Below, piece by piece: positions 9,419 through 17,918 of a stretch of DNA of 64,000 bases (position 1 is its first letter; every line of letters starts with the position of its first letter). The notes beneath the pieces are model-generated. The model did no database searches and was not told where the DNA came from. It worked only from the letters and a program-made list of their open reading frames with translations. The position numbers were made by a program, and so were the translations under genes. Source of the stretch: an uncultured Acidobacteriota bacterium (lineage in GTDB: Bacteria; Acidobacteriota; Vicinamibacteria; Vicinamibacterales; CAVVIG01); the NCBI GenBank assembly GCA_963754955.1, contig CAVWHY010000002.1:14674-78673 (forward strand). The letters run 5' to 3'.

Positions 9419-9865
9419 ATGGATTTATCGAATCTCAAACCGCCGAAGGGCGCCAAGCACGTCAAGAAGCGCATCGGGCGCGGCCAGGGGTCGGGCAACG
9501 GCAAGACCGCCGGCCGCGGCCACAAGGGCGCGAAATCGAGGTCGGGTTACAAGTTCAAGCGCGGCTTCGAAGGCGGCCAGATGCCGCTGCACCGGCGCGT
9601 GCCGAAGCGCGGGTTTCACAATCCGACCCGCGTCGAGTACGACGTCGTCAACGTCGACACGCTCGCGGAGCGGTTCGAGGCCGGCACGGTCGTGACGCCG
9701 GAGCTGCTCCGCGAACACCGGCTGCTGCCGGGCGGCGGCCGCCCCCTGAAGGTGCTGGCCCGCGGCGACGTCAGCAAGGCGCTGACGATCCGCGCCCACA
9801 AGTTCAGCGGCAAGGCGGAGGAGAAGGTGAAGGCGGCGGGCGGAACGACGGAGCTGATCGCGTAG
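9419..9865 (+). CDS. rplO: 50S ribosomal protein L15
   Basis: MDLSNLKPPKGAKHVKKRIGRGQGSGNGKTAGRGHKG is L15. The track ORF starts at 9395 inside the repeat, so the ATG at 9419 is preferred. Confidence 0.92.
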   Translation: MDLSNLKPPKGAKHVKKRIGRGQGSGNGKTAGRGHKGAKSRSGYKFKRGFEGGQMPLHRRVPKRGFHNPTRVEYDVVNVDTLAERFEAGTVVTPELLREHRLLPGGGRPLKVLARGDVSKALTIRAHKFSGKAEEKVKAAGGTTELIA

Positions 9866-9896
9866 GTGGATTGATCGTCAAATCCATGGATCGCAT

Positions 9897-11288
9897 ATGG
9901 CCTTAGACAGCAGCCTCAAGAACATCTTCGCGGTGTCGGAGCTGCGCAACCGGGTGCTCTTCACCCTGGCGCTGCTCGGCGTGTTCCGCATCGGCGGGCG
10001 CATCGTCACGCCCGGCGTGGACATCCGCGCGCTCGAGGAATTCGCCCAGCAGCTCGGCAAGAACAGCATGTTCGGGCTGTACGACATGTTCACGGGCGGG
10101 AACCTCGCGAAGGTCACGATTTTCGCGCTGGGCATCATGCCCTACATCAGCTCGTCGATCATTCTCCAGCTGCTGACGGTCGTGTGGCCGTACCTGGAGA
10201 AGTTGTCGAAGGAAGGCGAGCTGGGCCGCCGCAAGATCACGCAGTACACGCGTTACGGGACGATCGTGCTGTGCGTCGTGCAGTCGCTCGGGATCGCGTT
10301 CTTCCTCGAGCGCAACACGACGCCGAGCGGCTTTCACCTGGTCACGAACGCGGGCTGGGGATTCCGGCTGTTGACGATCCTGACGCTGTCGACGGGGACG
10401 GCGTTCGTCATGTGGCTGGGCGAGCAGATTACCGAGCGCGGCATCGGCAACGGCATGTCGCTCATCATCTTCGCGGGCATCGTCGTCAACTTCCCGCGGG
10501 CGGTGATGACGACGTTCGAGCAGATGCGGACCGGCCAGATCGGGCTGATCCGGATCCTGTTCCTGATGGTGCTCATGGCGGTGGTGGTCGCGGCCATCAT
10601 CTTCGTCGAGCGCGGACACCGGCGAGTCACCGTGCAGTACGCGAAGCGCGTTGTGGGCCGCCGGATGTACGGCGGGTCGAGCACGCACATCCCGCTCAAG
10701 GTCAACACGGGCGGCGTCATCCCGGTCATCTTCGCGTCGTCGATCCTGGCGTTTCCGGCCACGATCGCGAGCGCGTTCAAGGGGCCGTGGGTCGACACTG
10801 TCGTTCAGCAGCTGAACGTGGGGATGCCGCTGCACAACCTGCTGTACGTGGCCGGCATCATCTTCTTCGCCTACTTCTACACGGCGATCATCTTCAACCC
10901 GGACGACGTCGCCGAGAACATGCGCAAGTACGGCGGGTTCATCCCCGGCATCCGGCCGGGCAAGCGGACCGCGGAGTACATCGACACGATCCTGGCGCGG
11001 ATCACGCTGGCGGGCGCGCTCTACCTGGCGGTCATCGCGATTCTGCCGCAGTGGCTGATGAGCGGCTTCCGGGTGGCGCCGATTCCCGTCATCGGGGACT
11101 GGCTCGATTCCGTGCTGCCGCGGTTCATCACCGAAGGCATGAACATCACGTTCTTCTTCGGCGGCACGTCGCTGCTCATCGTGGTCGGCGTGGCGATGGA
11201 CACGGTGCAGCAGGTGGAATCGCAGCTCATCATGCGGCACTACGACGGCTTCATGAAGAAGACGCGGCTTCGTGGCCGGCGCGGGTAG
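9897..11288 (+). CDS. secY: Preprotein translocase subunit SecY
   Basis: 463 aa, multi-TM, ..IFALGIMPYISSSIILQLL..GRRKI.QYTRY.. Confidence 0.97.
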   Translation: MALDSSLKNIFAVSELRNRVLFTLALLGVFRIGGRIVTPGVDIRALEEFAQQLGKNSMFGLYDMFTGGNLAKVTIFALGIMPYISSSIILQLLTVVWPYLEKLSKEGELGRRKITQYTRYGTIVLCVVQSLGIAFFLERNTTPSGFHLVTNAGWGFRLLTILTLSTGTAFVMWLGEQITERGIGNGMSLIIFAGIVVNFPRAVMTTFEQMRTGQIGLIRILFLMVLMAVVVAAIIFVERGHRRVTVQYAKRVVGRRMYGGSSTHIPLKVNTGGVIPVIFASSILAFPATIASAFKGPWVDTVVQQLNVGMPLHNLLYVAGIIFFAYFYTAIIFNPDDVAENMRKYGGFIPGIRPGKRTAEYIDTILARITLAGALYLAVIAILPQWLMSGFRVAPIPVIGDWLDSVLPRFITEGMNITFFFGGTSLLIVVGVAMDTVQQVESQLIMRHYDGFMKKTRLRGRRG

Positions 11289-11291
11289 CGT

Positions 11292-11972
11292 GTGGCAGTC
11301 AACGTCATCATGCTCGGCCCCCCGGGGGCGGGAAAGGGCACGCAGGCCGAACGTGTGGCGCGCAGCCGCGGCATTCCCAGGATTTCGACCGGCGACATCC
11401 TGCGCGACGCGGTCCATCACCACACGGCCATGGGGGAGAGCGTGCAGGCGGTCATGGACCGCGGCGAGCTGGTCAGCGACGACGTGATGATCGGCATCGT
11501 CACCGAGCGGCTGGGGCGCCCGGACGTGGCGCCGGGGTTCGTGCTCGACGGCTTTCCGCGCACCGTGGCGCAGGCCGCGGCGCTCGATCGGCTGATGAAC
11601 GGACGCGATCCGCTCATCGTGCTGGATATCGTCGTGCCGGAGTCGGAGCTGGCCCGTCGTCTCGGCATGCGGCTGATTTGCGAGGACTGCGGCACCAACG
11701 CGGACGGACGGGAAGTCGTGCCGGGGCGCTGCGGCAAGTGCAGTGGACGGCTGACGCAGCGTGCCGACGACAGCGATGGCGTGGTGCTCGAGCGGTTCAA
11801 GATTTACCAGCGGGCGACAAAGCCGCTGGTCGAGTTCTACCGCGATCGATCGACGTTCCGGTCGATCAACGGCGCACAGCCGGCGGACCTGGTGACGGCC
11901 GAACTGGCCGCGGCAATCGAAGCCGTCGGCAACGGGCGCCTGAATGCCGCCAGTGGAGGGAACACGCGGTGA
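11292..11972 (+). CDS. adk: Adenylate kinase (4-Cys zinc lid)
   Basis: GTG start; MLGPPGAGKGTQAE..ISTGDILR..GFVLDGFPRT; lid CEDCG..CGKCSG. Confidence 0.95.
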   Translation: MAVNVIMLGPPGAGKGTQAERVARSRGIPRISTGDILRDAVHHHTAMGESVQAVMDRGELVSDDVMIGIVTERLGRPDVAPGFVLDGFPRTVAQAAALDRLMNGRDPLIVLDIVVPESELARRLGMRLICEDCGTNADGREVVPGRCGKCSGRLTQRADDSDGVVLERFKIYQRATKPLVEFYRDRSTFRSINGAQPADLVTAELAAAIEAVGNGRLNAASGGNTR

Positions 11973-12742
11973 TCGTCTGCCGGTCGGCCGCCGAGCTCGA
12001 ACGGATGCGGGAGGCCGGGCGTCTGGTCGGCGAAGTGCTGACCGAGCTGACCGCCGCGGTGGCGCCGGGAGTGAGCACCGCCGAGCTGGACGAGATGGCG
12101 GAGCGGCGCATCCGCCAGGCGGGGGCGACGCCGGCGTTCAAGGGGTATCACGGGTATCCGGCGACCATTTGCGCGTCGATCAACGACGAGGTGATTCACG
12201 GGATCCCGTCGGGCCGCCGGGTGCTGGCCGAGGGCGACATCATCTCGATCGACGTCGGCGCCGCGCTCGACGGGTACTACGGCGACAGCGCGGTGACGCT
12301 GCCCGTGGGCCACGTCTCGGAGCAGGCCGCGACGCTGCTGCGGGTGACGGACGAGTCGCTGTACAAGGCGATCGAGCAGGCACGGCCGGGACGCCGCGTA
12401 TCCGACATCGGCCACGCCGTACAGCGGCACGTCGAGGCGTTCGGGTTTTCGGTCGTGCGCGAGTTCGTCGGGCACGGCATCGGCGTGCGGATGCACGAGG
12501 AGCCGCAGGTGCCCAATTACGGCGAGCCGGGTCACGGGCCGCGGCTGGCCGAGGGCATGGTGCTCGCGATCGAGCCCATGGTGAACGCCGGGAAGCCGGC
12601 GGTGAAGGTGCTGGCGGACGGGTGGACGGCGGTGACGCGCGATACGAGCCTGTCCGCGCACTTCGAGCACACGGTCGCGGTGACGTCGGGAGAGCCGTGG
12701 ATACTGACGGCACGGGAAGTCCCGGTCAGCGCGCGCCGATAG
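11969..12742 (+). CDS. map: Methionine aminopeptidase type I
   Basis: The GTG overlaps the adk stop. ..KGYHGYPATICASINDEVIHGIP..DIISIDVGA..GHGIG..HEEPQVPNY..EPM..HFEHTV. Confidence 0.94.
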   Translation: MIVCRSAAELERMREAGRLVGEVLTELTAAVAPGVSTAELDEMAERRIRQAGATPAFKGYHGYPATICASINDEVIHGIPSGRRVLAEGDIISIDVGAALDGYYGDSAVTLPVGHVSEQAATLLRVTDESLYKAIEQARPGRRVSDIGHAVQRHVEAFGFSVVREFVGHGIGVRMHEEPQVPNYGEPGHGPRLAEGMVLAIEPMVNAGKPAVKVLADGWTAVTRDTSLSAHFEHTVAVTSGEPWILTAREVPVSARR

Positions 12743-12930
12743 CGGGCGTGGTCGTCGAGCAGCTGCCGAGCGCGCTGTACCGCGTGAGGCTGGACGAGGG
12801 AACGCAGGTGCTGGCGCACGTCGCTGATCGGATCGACCGCAATTTCGTGCGCGTGATCGTCGGCGACCGGGTGCAGGTGGAATTGTCGCCGGTGGACGGC
12901 GGACGCGGGCGTATCGTGAGCCGGCTGTAG
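12697..12930 (+). CDS. infA: Translation initiation factor IF-1 (start codon uncertain)
   Basis: ..[61 protein letters not shown] is the IF-1 S1/OB fold. There is no ATG. Candidate GTGs are 12697 (overlapping map) and 12748 (which would truncate the N-terminus). Confidence 0.75.
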   Translation: MDTDGTGSPGQRAPIAGVVVEQLPSALYRVRLDEGTQVLAHVADRIDRNFVRVIVGDRVQVELSPVDGGRGRIVSRL

Positions 12931-12973
12931 TTGTCGTGCAGGCCGTCGGGCCTGCCTGAAGATTCGAGGAAGC

Positions 12974-13087
12974 ATGAAGGTTCGAGCGTCAGTCAAACGG
13001 ATTTGCGACAAGTGCAAGATCGTCCGCCGCGCGGGCGTGGTGCGGGTGATCTGCCCGAACCAGAAACACAAGCAGCGGCAGGGCTAG
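12974..13087 (+). CDS. rpmJ: 50S ribosomal protein L36
   Basis: [37 protein letters not shown]. Read by hand; too short for the ORF track. Confidence 0.95.
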   Translation: MKVRASVKRICDKCKIVRRAGVVRVICPNQKHKQRQG

Positions 13088-13088
13088 C

Positions 13089-13130
13089 GGGACAAGGGCA
13101 GAGCGCAAAGGGCAAAGGGCAAAGAGCATA
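13089..13130 (+). repeat. Single-arm heptamer array (GGGCAAA-type x6) running into the rpsM start codon
   Basis: gggacaa gggcaga gcgcaaa gggcaaa gggcaaa gagcata|tg. Confidence 0.8.
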
Positions 13131-13504
13131 TGGCACGAATTGCTGGTGTAGACCTTCCCCGGACGAAGCGGGTCGAGATCGGTCTCACGTACATCTTCGG
13201 GATCGGGCGGATGCGCTCGAACGGCATCCTCAAGGACGCGGGGGTCAGCCCCGATGTGCGCGTGAAGGATCTGTCGGAAGACGATGTCCGCAAGATCAGC
13301 CGGGTGATCGAAGAGCAGGGCGGCGTCGAAGGCGACCTCCGCAAGGAAGTGTCGATGAACATCAAGCGGCTGATGGAAATCGGCTGCTACCGCGGGGCGC
13401 GCCACCGGCGCAGCCTGCCCGTCCGGGGGCAGCGGACACGCACGAACGCGCGGACCCGGAAAGGGCCGCGCAAGGGCGCCATCGCGAAGAAGAAGGTCAT
13501 TTAG
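13130..13504 (+). CDS. rpsM: 30S ribosomal protein S13
   Basis: [48 protein letters not shown]. Confidence 0.97.
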   Translation: MARIAGVDLPRTKRVEIGLTYIFGIGRMRSNGILKDAGVSPDVRVKDLSEDDVRKISRVIEEQGGVEGDLRKEVSMNIKRLMEIGCYRGARHRRSLPVRGQRTRTNARTRKGPRKGAIAKKKVI

Positions 13505-13520
13505 GAAGGTCATCTGATTT

Positions 13521-13976
13521 ATGGCGAAGAGTGATCCGGTCGACGCCTCAGCCGTCCCCGAAAAAGGCGAGAAGAAAGAAGGGGCAGGCCGGCGCAAGAA
13601 GACGTTCAAGAAGCGCGGGGAAAAGCGGATCGTGCACCACGGGCTGGCGCACATCCAGGCCTCGTTCAACAACACCGTGGTGACGATCACCGACACCGAG
13701 GGCAATGTCGTCGCCTGGTCGAGTGCCGGCGGCATCGGCTTCAAGGGGTCGAGGAAGGGCACCCCGTTCGCGGCGACGCAGGCCGCCCTGAACGCCGGGA
13801 ACGCGGCGAAGGCCGTCGGCATGCGGTCGCTCGACGTGCGCGTGAAGGGACCGGGGTCCGGCCGGGAGTCGGCCGTCCGCGCGCTGCAGACCGTGGGCCT
13901 CGAGGTGAAGTCGATCCGGGACGTCACGCCGATTCCGCACAACGGCTGCCGTCCGCCGAAGCGTAGGAGAGTGTAA
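13521..13976 (+). CDS. rpsK: 30S ribosomal protein S11
   Basis: ..[56 protein letters not shown]. Confidence 0.97.
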   Translation: MAKSDPVDASAVPEKGEKKEGAGRRKKTFKKRGEKRIVHHGLAHIQASFNNTVVTITDTEGNVVAWSSAGGIGFKGSRKGTPFAATQAALNAGNAAKAVGMRSLDVRVKGPGSGRESAVRALQTVGLEVKSIRDVTPIPHNGCRPPKRRRV

Positions 13977-14605
13977 TGGCGCGTTATATCGGACCCGTCT
14001 GCCGTCTGTGCCGCCGCGAGGCGATGAAGCTGTTCCTGAAGGGCGAACGCTGCTACACGGAGAAGTGCGCGATCGAGAAGCGCAACTTCCCGCCGGGACA
14101 GCACGGCAAGACGCGCAAGGCCAAGCTGGCCGGCTACGGCCTGCAGCTGCGCGAGAAGCAGAAGGTCAAGCGCATCTACGGCGTGCTCGAGGACCAGTTC
14201 CGCCGGTACTTCGAGTCGGCCGAGCGCACGCGCGGAATCACCGGCGAAACGCTGCTGCAGCTGCTGGAGCGCCGCCTCGACAACGTGGTCTACCGCCTTG
14301 GGCTGGCGACCTCGCGGGCCCAGGCGCGCCAGCTCGTGCGCCACGGGCACTTCCAGGTGAACGGGAAGAAGGTCGACATCCCGTCGTACTCGGTCAAGGC
14401 CGGCGACGTGATCACCGTGATCGTACGCAGCCAGAAGAATCCGACGATCGAGCACGCGATCGAGGAAGTGAAGGGACGCGGGATCCCCGAGTGGCTGTCC
14501 TTCGATCCGAACGCCATCGCGGGCCGGATCGTCTCGATGCCCACGCGCGAGCAGATCAACCTGCCGGTGCAGGAGCAGCTCATCGTCGAGTTGTACTCGA
14601 AGTAG
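13976..14605 (+). CDS. rpsD: 30S ribosomal protein S4
   Basis: [46 protein letters not shown]. Confidence 0.97.
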   Translation: MARYIGPVCRLCRREAMKLFLKGERCYTEKCAIEKRNFPPGQHGKTRKAKLAGYGLQLREKQKVKRIYGVLEDQFRRYFESAERTRGITGETLLQLLERRLDNVVYRLGLATSRAQARQLVRHGHFQVNGKKVDIPSYSVKAGDVITVIVRSQKNPTIEHAIEEVKGRGIPEWLSFDPNAIAGRIVSMPTREQINLPVQEQLIVELYSK

Positions 14606-14795
14606 TCCGTCGCGGCCCTGAAAGGGCCGCGCTACGCACGTAGGGCGGGCCTGTCAGGCCCGCCTCGTCACCCGTCGGCCCGCAGCCTTATACAGACCTG
14701 CGGCGGGAGGCCGGCGGTTACTTGCAGGTCTGGAGGCCCGTCTGCGGGCCCGTTGGCGAATCCGGGGAAGAACCCCGGATTAGAGAGGACACGAC
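14606..14795 (+). promoter_or_regulatory. 190-nt structured spacer / rpoA leader with several GC-rich hairpins
   Basis: Hairpins: gcggccc-tgaaa-gggccgc (14612-14630), ggcgggcc-tgtca-ggcccgcc (14644-14664), cagacctgc/gcaggtctg pairing, and aatccgggg-aagaa-ccccggatt (14759-14781) directly 5' of the purine-rich RBS (agagagg). Confidence 0.45.
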
Positions 14796-15776
14796 ATGCT
14801 CTGGAAGGGTTTTCAACGACCGAAGCGGCTGGAGTTCGAGCGCGAGACGCTCACCGATCGGTTCGGACGCTTTTACGCGCAGCCGTTCGAGCGGGGATTC
14901 GGCACGACGATCGGCAATGCGGTACGGCGGGTTCTGTTGTCGTCGATTGAAGGCGCGGCCATCACGGCCGTCAAGATTGACGGGGTGCTCCACGAGTTCT
15001 CGCCCATTCCGGGCGTGGTGGAAGACGCGACGGACATCATCCTGAACCTCAAGCAGATTCCGCTGAAGCTGCACGTCGATCACGCCAAGACACTGGTGAT
15101 CAAGGTGGACAAGGCCGGCGAGGTGCGCGGCCGCGACATCCAGGCGGACGGCGACGTCGAGATTCTCGAACCGGACGCGCATATCGCGACCGTGTCCGAA
15201 GGCGGCAAGCTCCACATGGAGATGCGCATGAAGCGCGGCCGCGGCTACGTCTCGGCCGACAAGAACTTCGACGAAGACCTCGGCATCGGCTGGATCCCGG
15301 TGGACTCGGTCCACTCGCCGGTCAAGAAGGTCAACTACCTGGTCGAGGCGGCGCGCCTTGGACAGACGACCGACTACGACAAGCTCACGATCGACGTCTG
15401 GACGAACGGGTCAATCAACGCGCGCGACGCGGTGTCGCTCGCCGCGAAGCTGATCCGCGATCACCTGAACATCTTCATCAACCTCGAGGAAGGCTCGGGC
15501 GATCAGGCGGAGGCGCTGGCCGACCAGCCGCGCTCCGGCGTCAGCAACGAGAACCTCGACAAGAGCGTCGAGGAACTCGAGCTCTCCGTCCGTTCCTACA
15601 ACTGCCTCAAGAACGCGAACATCAGGACCATTCGCGAACTGGTGCAGAAGACTGAAGCCGAAATGCTCAAGACGAAGAACTTCGGCCGGAAGAGCCTGAA
15701 CGAGATCAAGGAGATCCTGCACACCATGGGTCTCAGCCTCGGGATGCGCGTGGATATGAGCGGAGCGCAGGACTAG
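14796..15776 (+). CDS. rpoA: DNA-directed RNA polymerase subunit alpha
   Basis: 326 aa, ..[27 protein letters not shown]..; C-terminal domain ..[22 protein letters not shown]. Confidence 0.97.
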   Translation: MLWKGFQRPKRLEFERETLTDRFGRFYAQPFERGFGTTIGNAVRRVLLSSIEGAAITAVKIDGVLHEFSPIPGVVEDATDIILNLKQIPLKLHVDHAKTLVIKVDKAGEVRGRDIQADGDVEILEPDAHIATVSEGGKLHMEMRMKRGRGYVSADKNFDEDLGIGWIPVDSVHSPVKKVNYLVEAARLGQTTDYDKLTIDVWTNGSINARDAVSLAAKLIRDHLNIFINLEEGSGDQAEALADQPRSGVSNENLDKSVEELELSVRSYNCLKNANIRTIRELVQKTEAEMLKTKNFGRKSLNEIKEILHTMGLSLGMRVDMSGAQD

Positions 15777-15843
15777 CAAAGGGCATAGGGCAGAGGGCAG
15801 AAGGCAGAGGGAAATTTGCCCTTTGCCTTTTGCCCTTTGCCCT
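15776..15843 (+). repeat. Heptamer-periodic hairpin (GGGCAGA x4, loop AAAT, TTGCCCT x4)
   Basis: gcaaa gggcata gggcaga gggcaga aggcaga ggg / aaat / ttgccct ttgcctt ttgccct ttgccct. It fills the rpoA-rplQ spacer. Confidence 0.88.
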
Positions 15844-15856
15844 ACGTAATCACACC

Positions 15857-16441
15857 ATGAGACACCGAGTAGCACACCGCAAGCTGGGACGCGTCACCGA
15901 GCACCGGATTTCGATGCTTCGCAACCAGGCGACGGCGCTCCTGCGTCACGAACATCTGACGACCACCGTGCCGCGCGCCAAGGAACTGCGCCCGTTCGTC
16001 GAGCGCCTCATCACCGTCGCCAAGCGCGGCGTGGCCGGCGGGGCGGCGAACGCAAAGGAACTGAACGCGCGGCGGCTCGTGATGGTCGATCTGCAGGACC
16101 GCGAAGTCGTGACGAAGCTGTTCGACACGCTCGCGCCGCGGTTCGCCGACCGTCCCGGCGGCTATACGCGCCTGCTCCGACTGGGCTTCCGCAAGGGAGA
16201 CAGCGCCGAGGTCGCGCAGGTCGAACTGCTTGGCAGCGAGTACGACCCGAAGGCGAAGGCGGCAGGCGACGACAAAGCCGAGCCCGAGAAACCGAAGTCC
16301 AAGGGTGTCGGCGGGCGCCTGCGCGCGGCCGCGGATCGCATGCGCGGCAAGAAAGACGACGACGGCGGCAAGGCCGCGTCGAAGCCCGCCAAGGGTGTCA
16401 GCCGCAAGACGACCACGCCGCGAAAAGCCGGCGGCTCCTAG
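15857..16441 (+). CDS. rplQ: 50S ribosomal protein L17 (long basic C-terminal tail)
   Basis: MRHRVAHRKLGRVTEHRISMLRNQATALL.HE.L.TT..RAKELR..VE.LIT is L17. The ATG at 15857 lies inside track ORF 15830-16441. Confidence 0.93.
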   Translation: MRHRVAHRKLGRVTEHRISMLRNQATALLRHEHLTTTVPRAKELRPFVERLITVAKRGVAGGAANAKELNARRLVMVDLQDREVVTKLFDTLAPRFADRPGGYTRLLRLGFRKGDSAEVAQVELLGSEYDPKAKAAGDDKAEPEKPKSKGVGGRLRAAADRMRGKKDDDGGKAASKPAKGVSRKTTTPRKAGGS

Positions 16442-16457
16442 CTTCAGCCGGCCGGCG

Positions 16458-16489
16458 ACGTAGCGTCCGCCTGAAGGCGGACGCTACGT
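16458..16489. terminator. Perfect 14-bp hairpin between convergent rplQ and the MATE gene (probable bidirectional terminator; REP-like CTGAAGG family)
   Basis: acgtagcgtccgcc-tgaa-ggcggacgctacgt. No U-tract, so intrinsic-terminator status is inferred from position. Confidence 0.55.
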
Positions 16490-16493
16490 ACAA

Positions 16494-17918
16494 TCACACC
16501 CGCGCCGTTTTCCACCGCCCCTGCCGGAAAATCCACACGCTCAGAAAACACATCGTCGAGAAGCCTACGCAGAGCGCGATGAACGCGCCGGTCGGTCCGA
16601 ACCCGAGCGGGTTGGCGAGCACCCAGGCCAGCGGAACTTCGAGGAGCCACAGGCTGACGAGGTTGATCAGCGTGGGCGTGCGGGTGTCGCCCGCGCCGTT
16701 GAACGCGGCGGTCAGGGCCATGCCGTAGCCGTAGAACAGGAAACCCACCGACACGATCCGCAGGCAGTGGATCGCGTGCGCGGCGACGTCGACCTCGCCC
16801 GTGAACACGCTGACGATGAGCGGCGCGAACAGGAGAAAGATCACGCCGATCGAGACCAGACAGACCGTGTTGTAGATACAGATCTTCCACGCGGATTCCT
16901 CCGCGCGATCGGGGAATCCCGCCCCGAGATTCTGGCCGACGAGCGTGACCGCCGCGTTGCTGACGCCCCAGGACGGGAGCAGCCCGAAGAGGAAGATTCG
17001 GATGCCGATGGTGTTGCCGGCGAGCGCCGCGCTGCCGAAGGCGCTGATGATCCGCACGAGCGCCATGTACGACGCCGTGCCGATGAAGCTCTGGAAGGTC
17101 GCCGCACCCGAAATCGAAATGATCTTCCGCATGACCTCGGGGTCGAACCTGACGTGCGGCCACCGGATACGGAGGCGGCCGTCCTTGCGCGTCAGCACGT
17201 ACAGCTGAATCAGCACCCCGGTCCAGCGGCCGATGCTCGTGCCGATCGCCGCGCCCGTGACGCCGAGGCGCGGGAAGGGGCCCACGCCGAAGATCAGGCA
17301 CGGCCCGAGCGTGATGTTGATCGCGTTGGCAATCCAGAGGACGCGCATCGCGATGGCCGCGTCGCCGGTGCCGCGGAAGACCGAGTTAATGATGAACAGC
17401 AGCGTGACGCCGCCGCTCGCGCCGAGCATGACGCGCGCGAACCGGCCGCCGGTTGACACCACGCCTTCGTCGGCGCCCATCATCCTGAGAAGATCCGGCG
17501 CGAACAGGACGCCGGTTATCCCCACCACCGCGCCGACCGCGAGGCCGATGATGATCGACTGCACGGCGGCTCTCGCCGCGCCGTCGGGATCGCTTTCGCC
17601 CACGCGACGGGCGACGGTCGCGGCCGCGCCGACCGACAGGCCGATCGCCACCGCGTAGACGATCGTCATGAGCGATTCGGTGACGCCGACGGTGGAGATG
17701 GCGTCGGTGAGGCCCAGTCGCCCGACGAAGAAGATGTCCGCCACGGCGAACACCGACTCCATCAGCATCTCGAGCACCATCGGCACCGCGAGCAGGAGCA
17801 CCGCGCGCCCGATGGGCACCTTGGTGAAGTCGGCGGTGGTTCCGCGAACCGCTTCGCGGAGCGTCGCCCACAGCGACGCGATGTCGGATCCCGGCTCCGC
17901 CGTCGTCGTCGTCGTCAA
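16494..17918 (-). CDS. MATE family efflux transporter
   Basis: 474 aa, 12-TM pattern, ..LLLAVPMVLEMLMESVFAVADIFFVGRLG.. typical of MATE/NorM/DinF. Its TTG start overlaps the stop of the upstream EF-G2 gene (TTGA). Confidence 0.88.
   Translation of the reverse strand: MTTTTTAEPGSDIASLWATLREAVRGTTADFTKVPIGRAVLLLAVPMVLEMLMESVFAVADIFFVGRLGLTDAISTVGVTESLMTIVYAVAIGLSVGAAATVARRVGESDPDGAARAAVQSIIIGLAVGAVVGITGVLFAPDLLRMMGADEGVVSTGGRFARVMLGASGGVTLLFIINSVFRGTGDAAIAMRVLWIANAINITLGPCLIFGVGPFPRLGVTGAAIGTSIGRWTGVLIQLYVLTRKDGRLRIRWPHVRFDPEVMRKIISISGAATFQSFIGTASYMALVRIISAFGSAALAGNTIGIRIFLFGLLPSWGVSNAAVTLVGQNLGAGFPDRAEESAWKICIYNTVCLVSIGVIFLLFAPLIVSVFTGEVDVAAHAIHCLRIVSVGFLFYGYGMALTAAFNGAGDTRTPTLINLVSLWLLEVPLAWVLANPLGFGPTGAFIALCVGFSTMCFLSVWIFRQGRWKTARV

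Noticed and set aside
10184-12742. Long same-strand out-of-frame ORFs: 10184-12742 (852 aa), 44647-46833 (728 aa), 23088-25115 (675 aa) and 30414-33032 (872 aa).
   Set aside because: Only the portion matching a known protein (map, pilS) is real. The rest is Arg/Gly/Pro-rich read-through of alternative frames over secY/adk, pilD/kinase or pilC.
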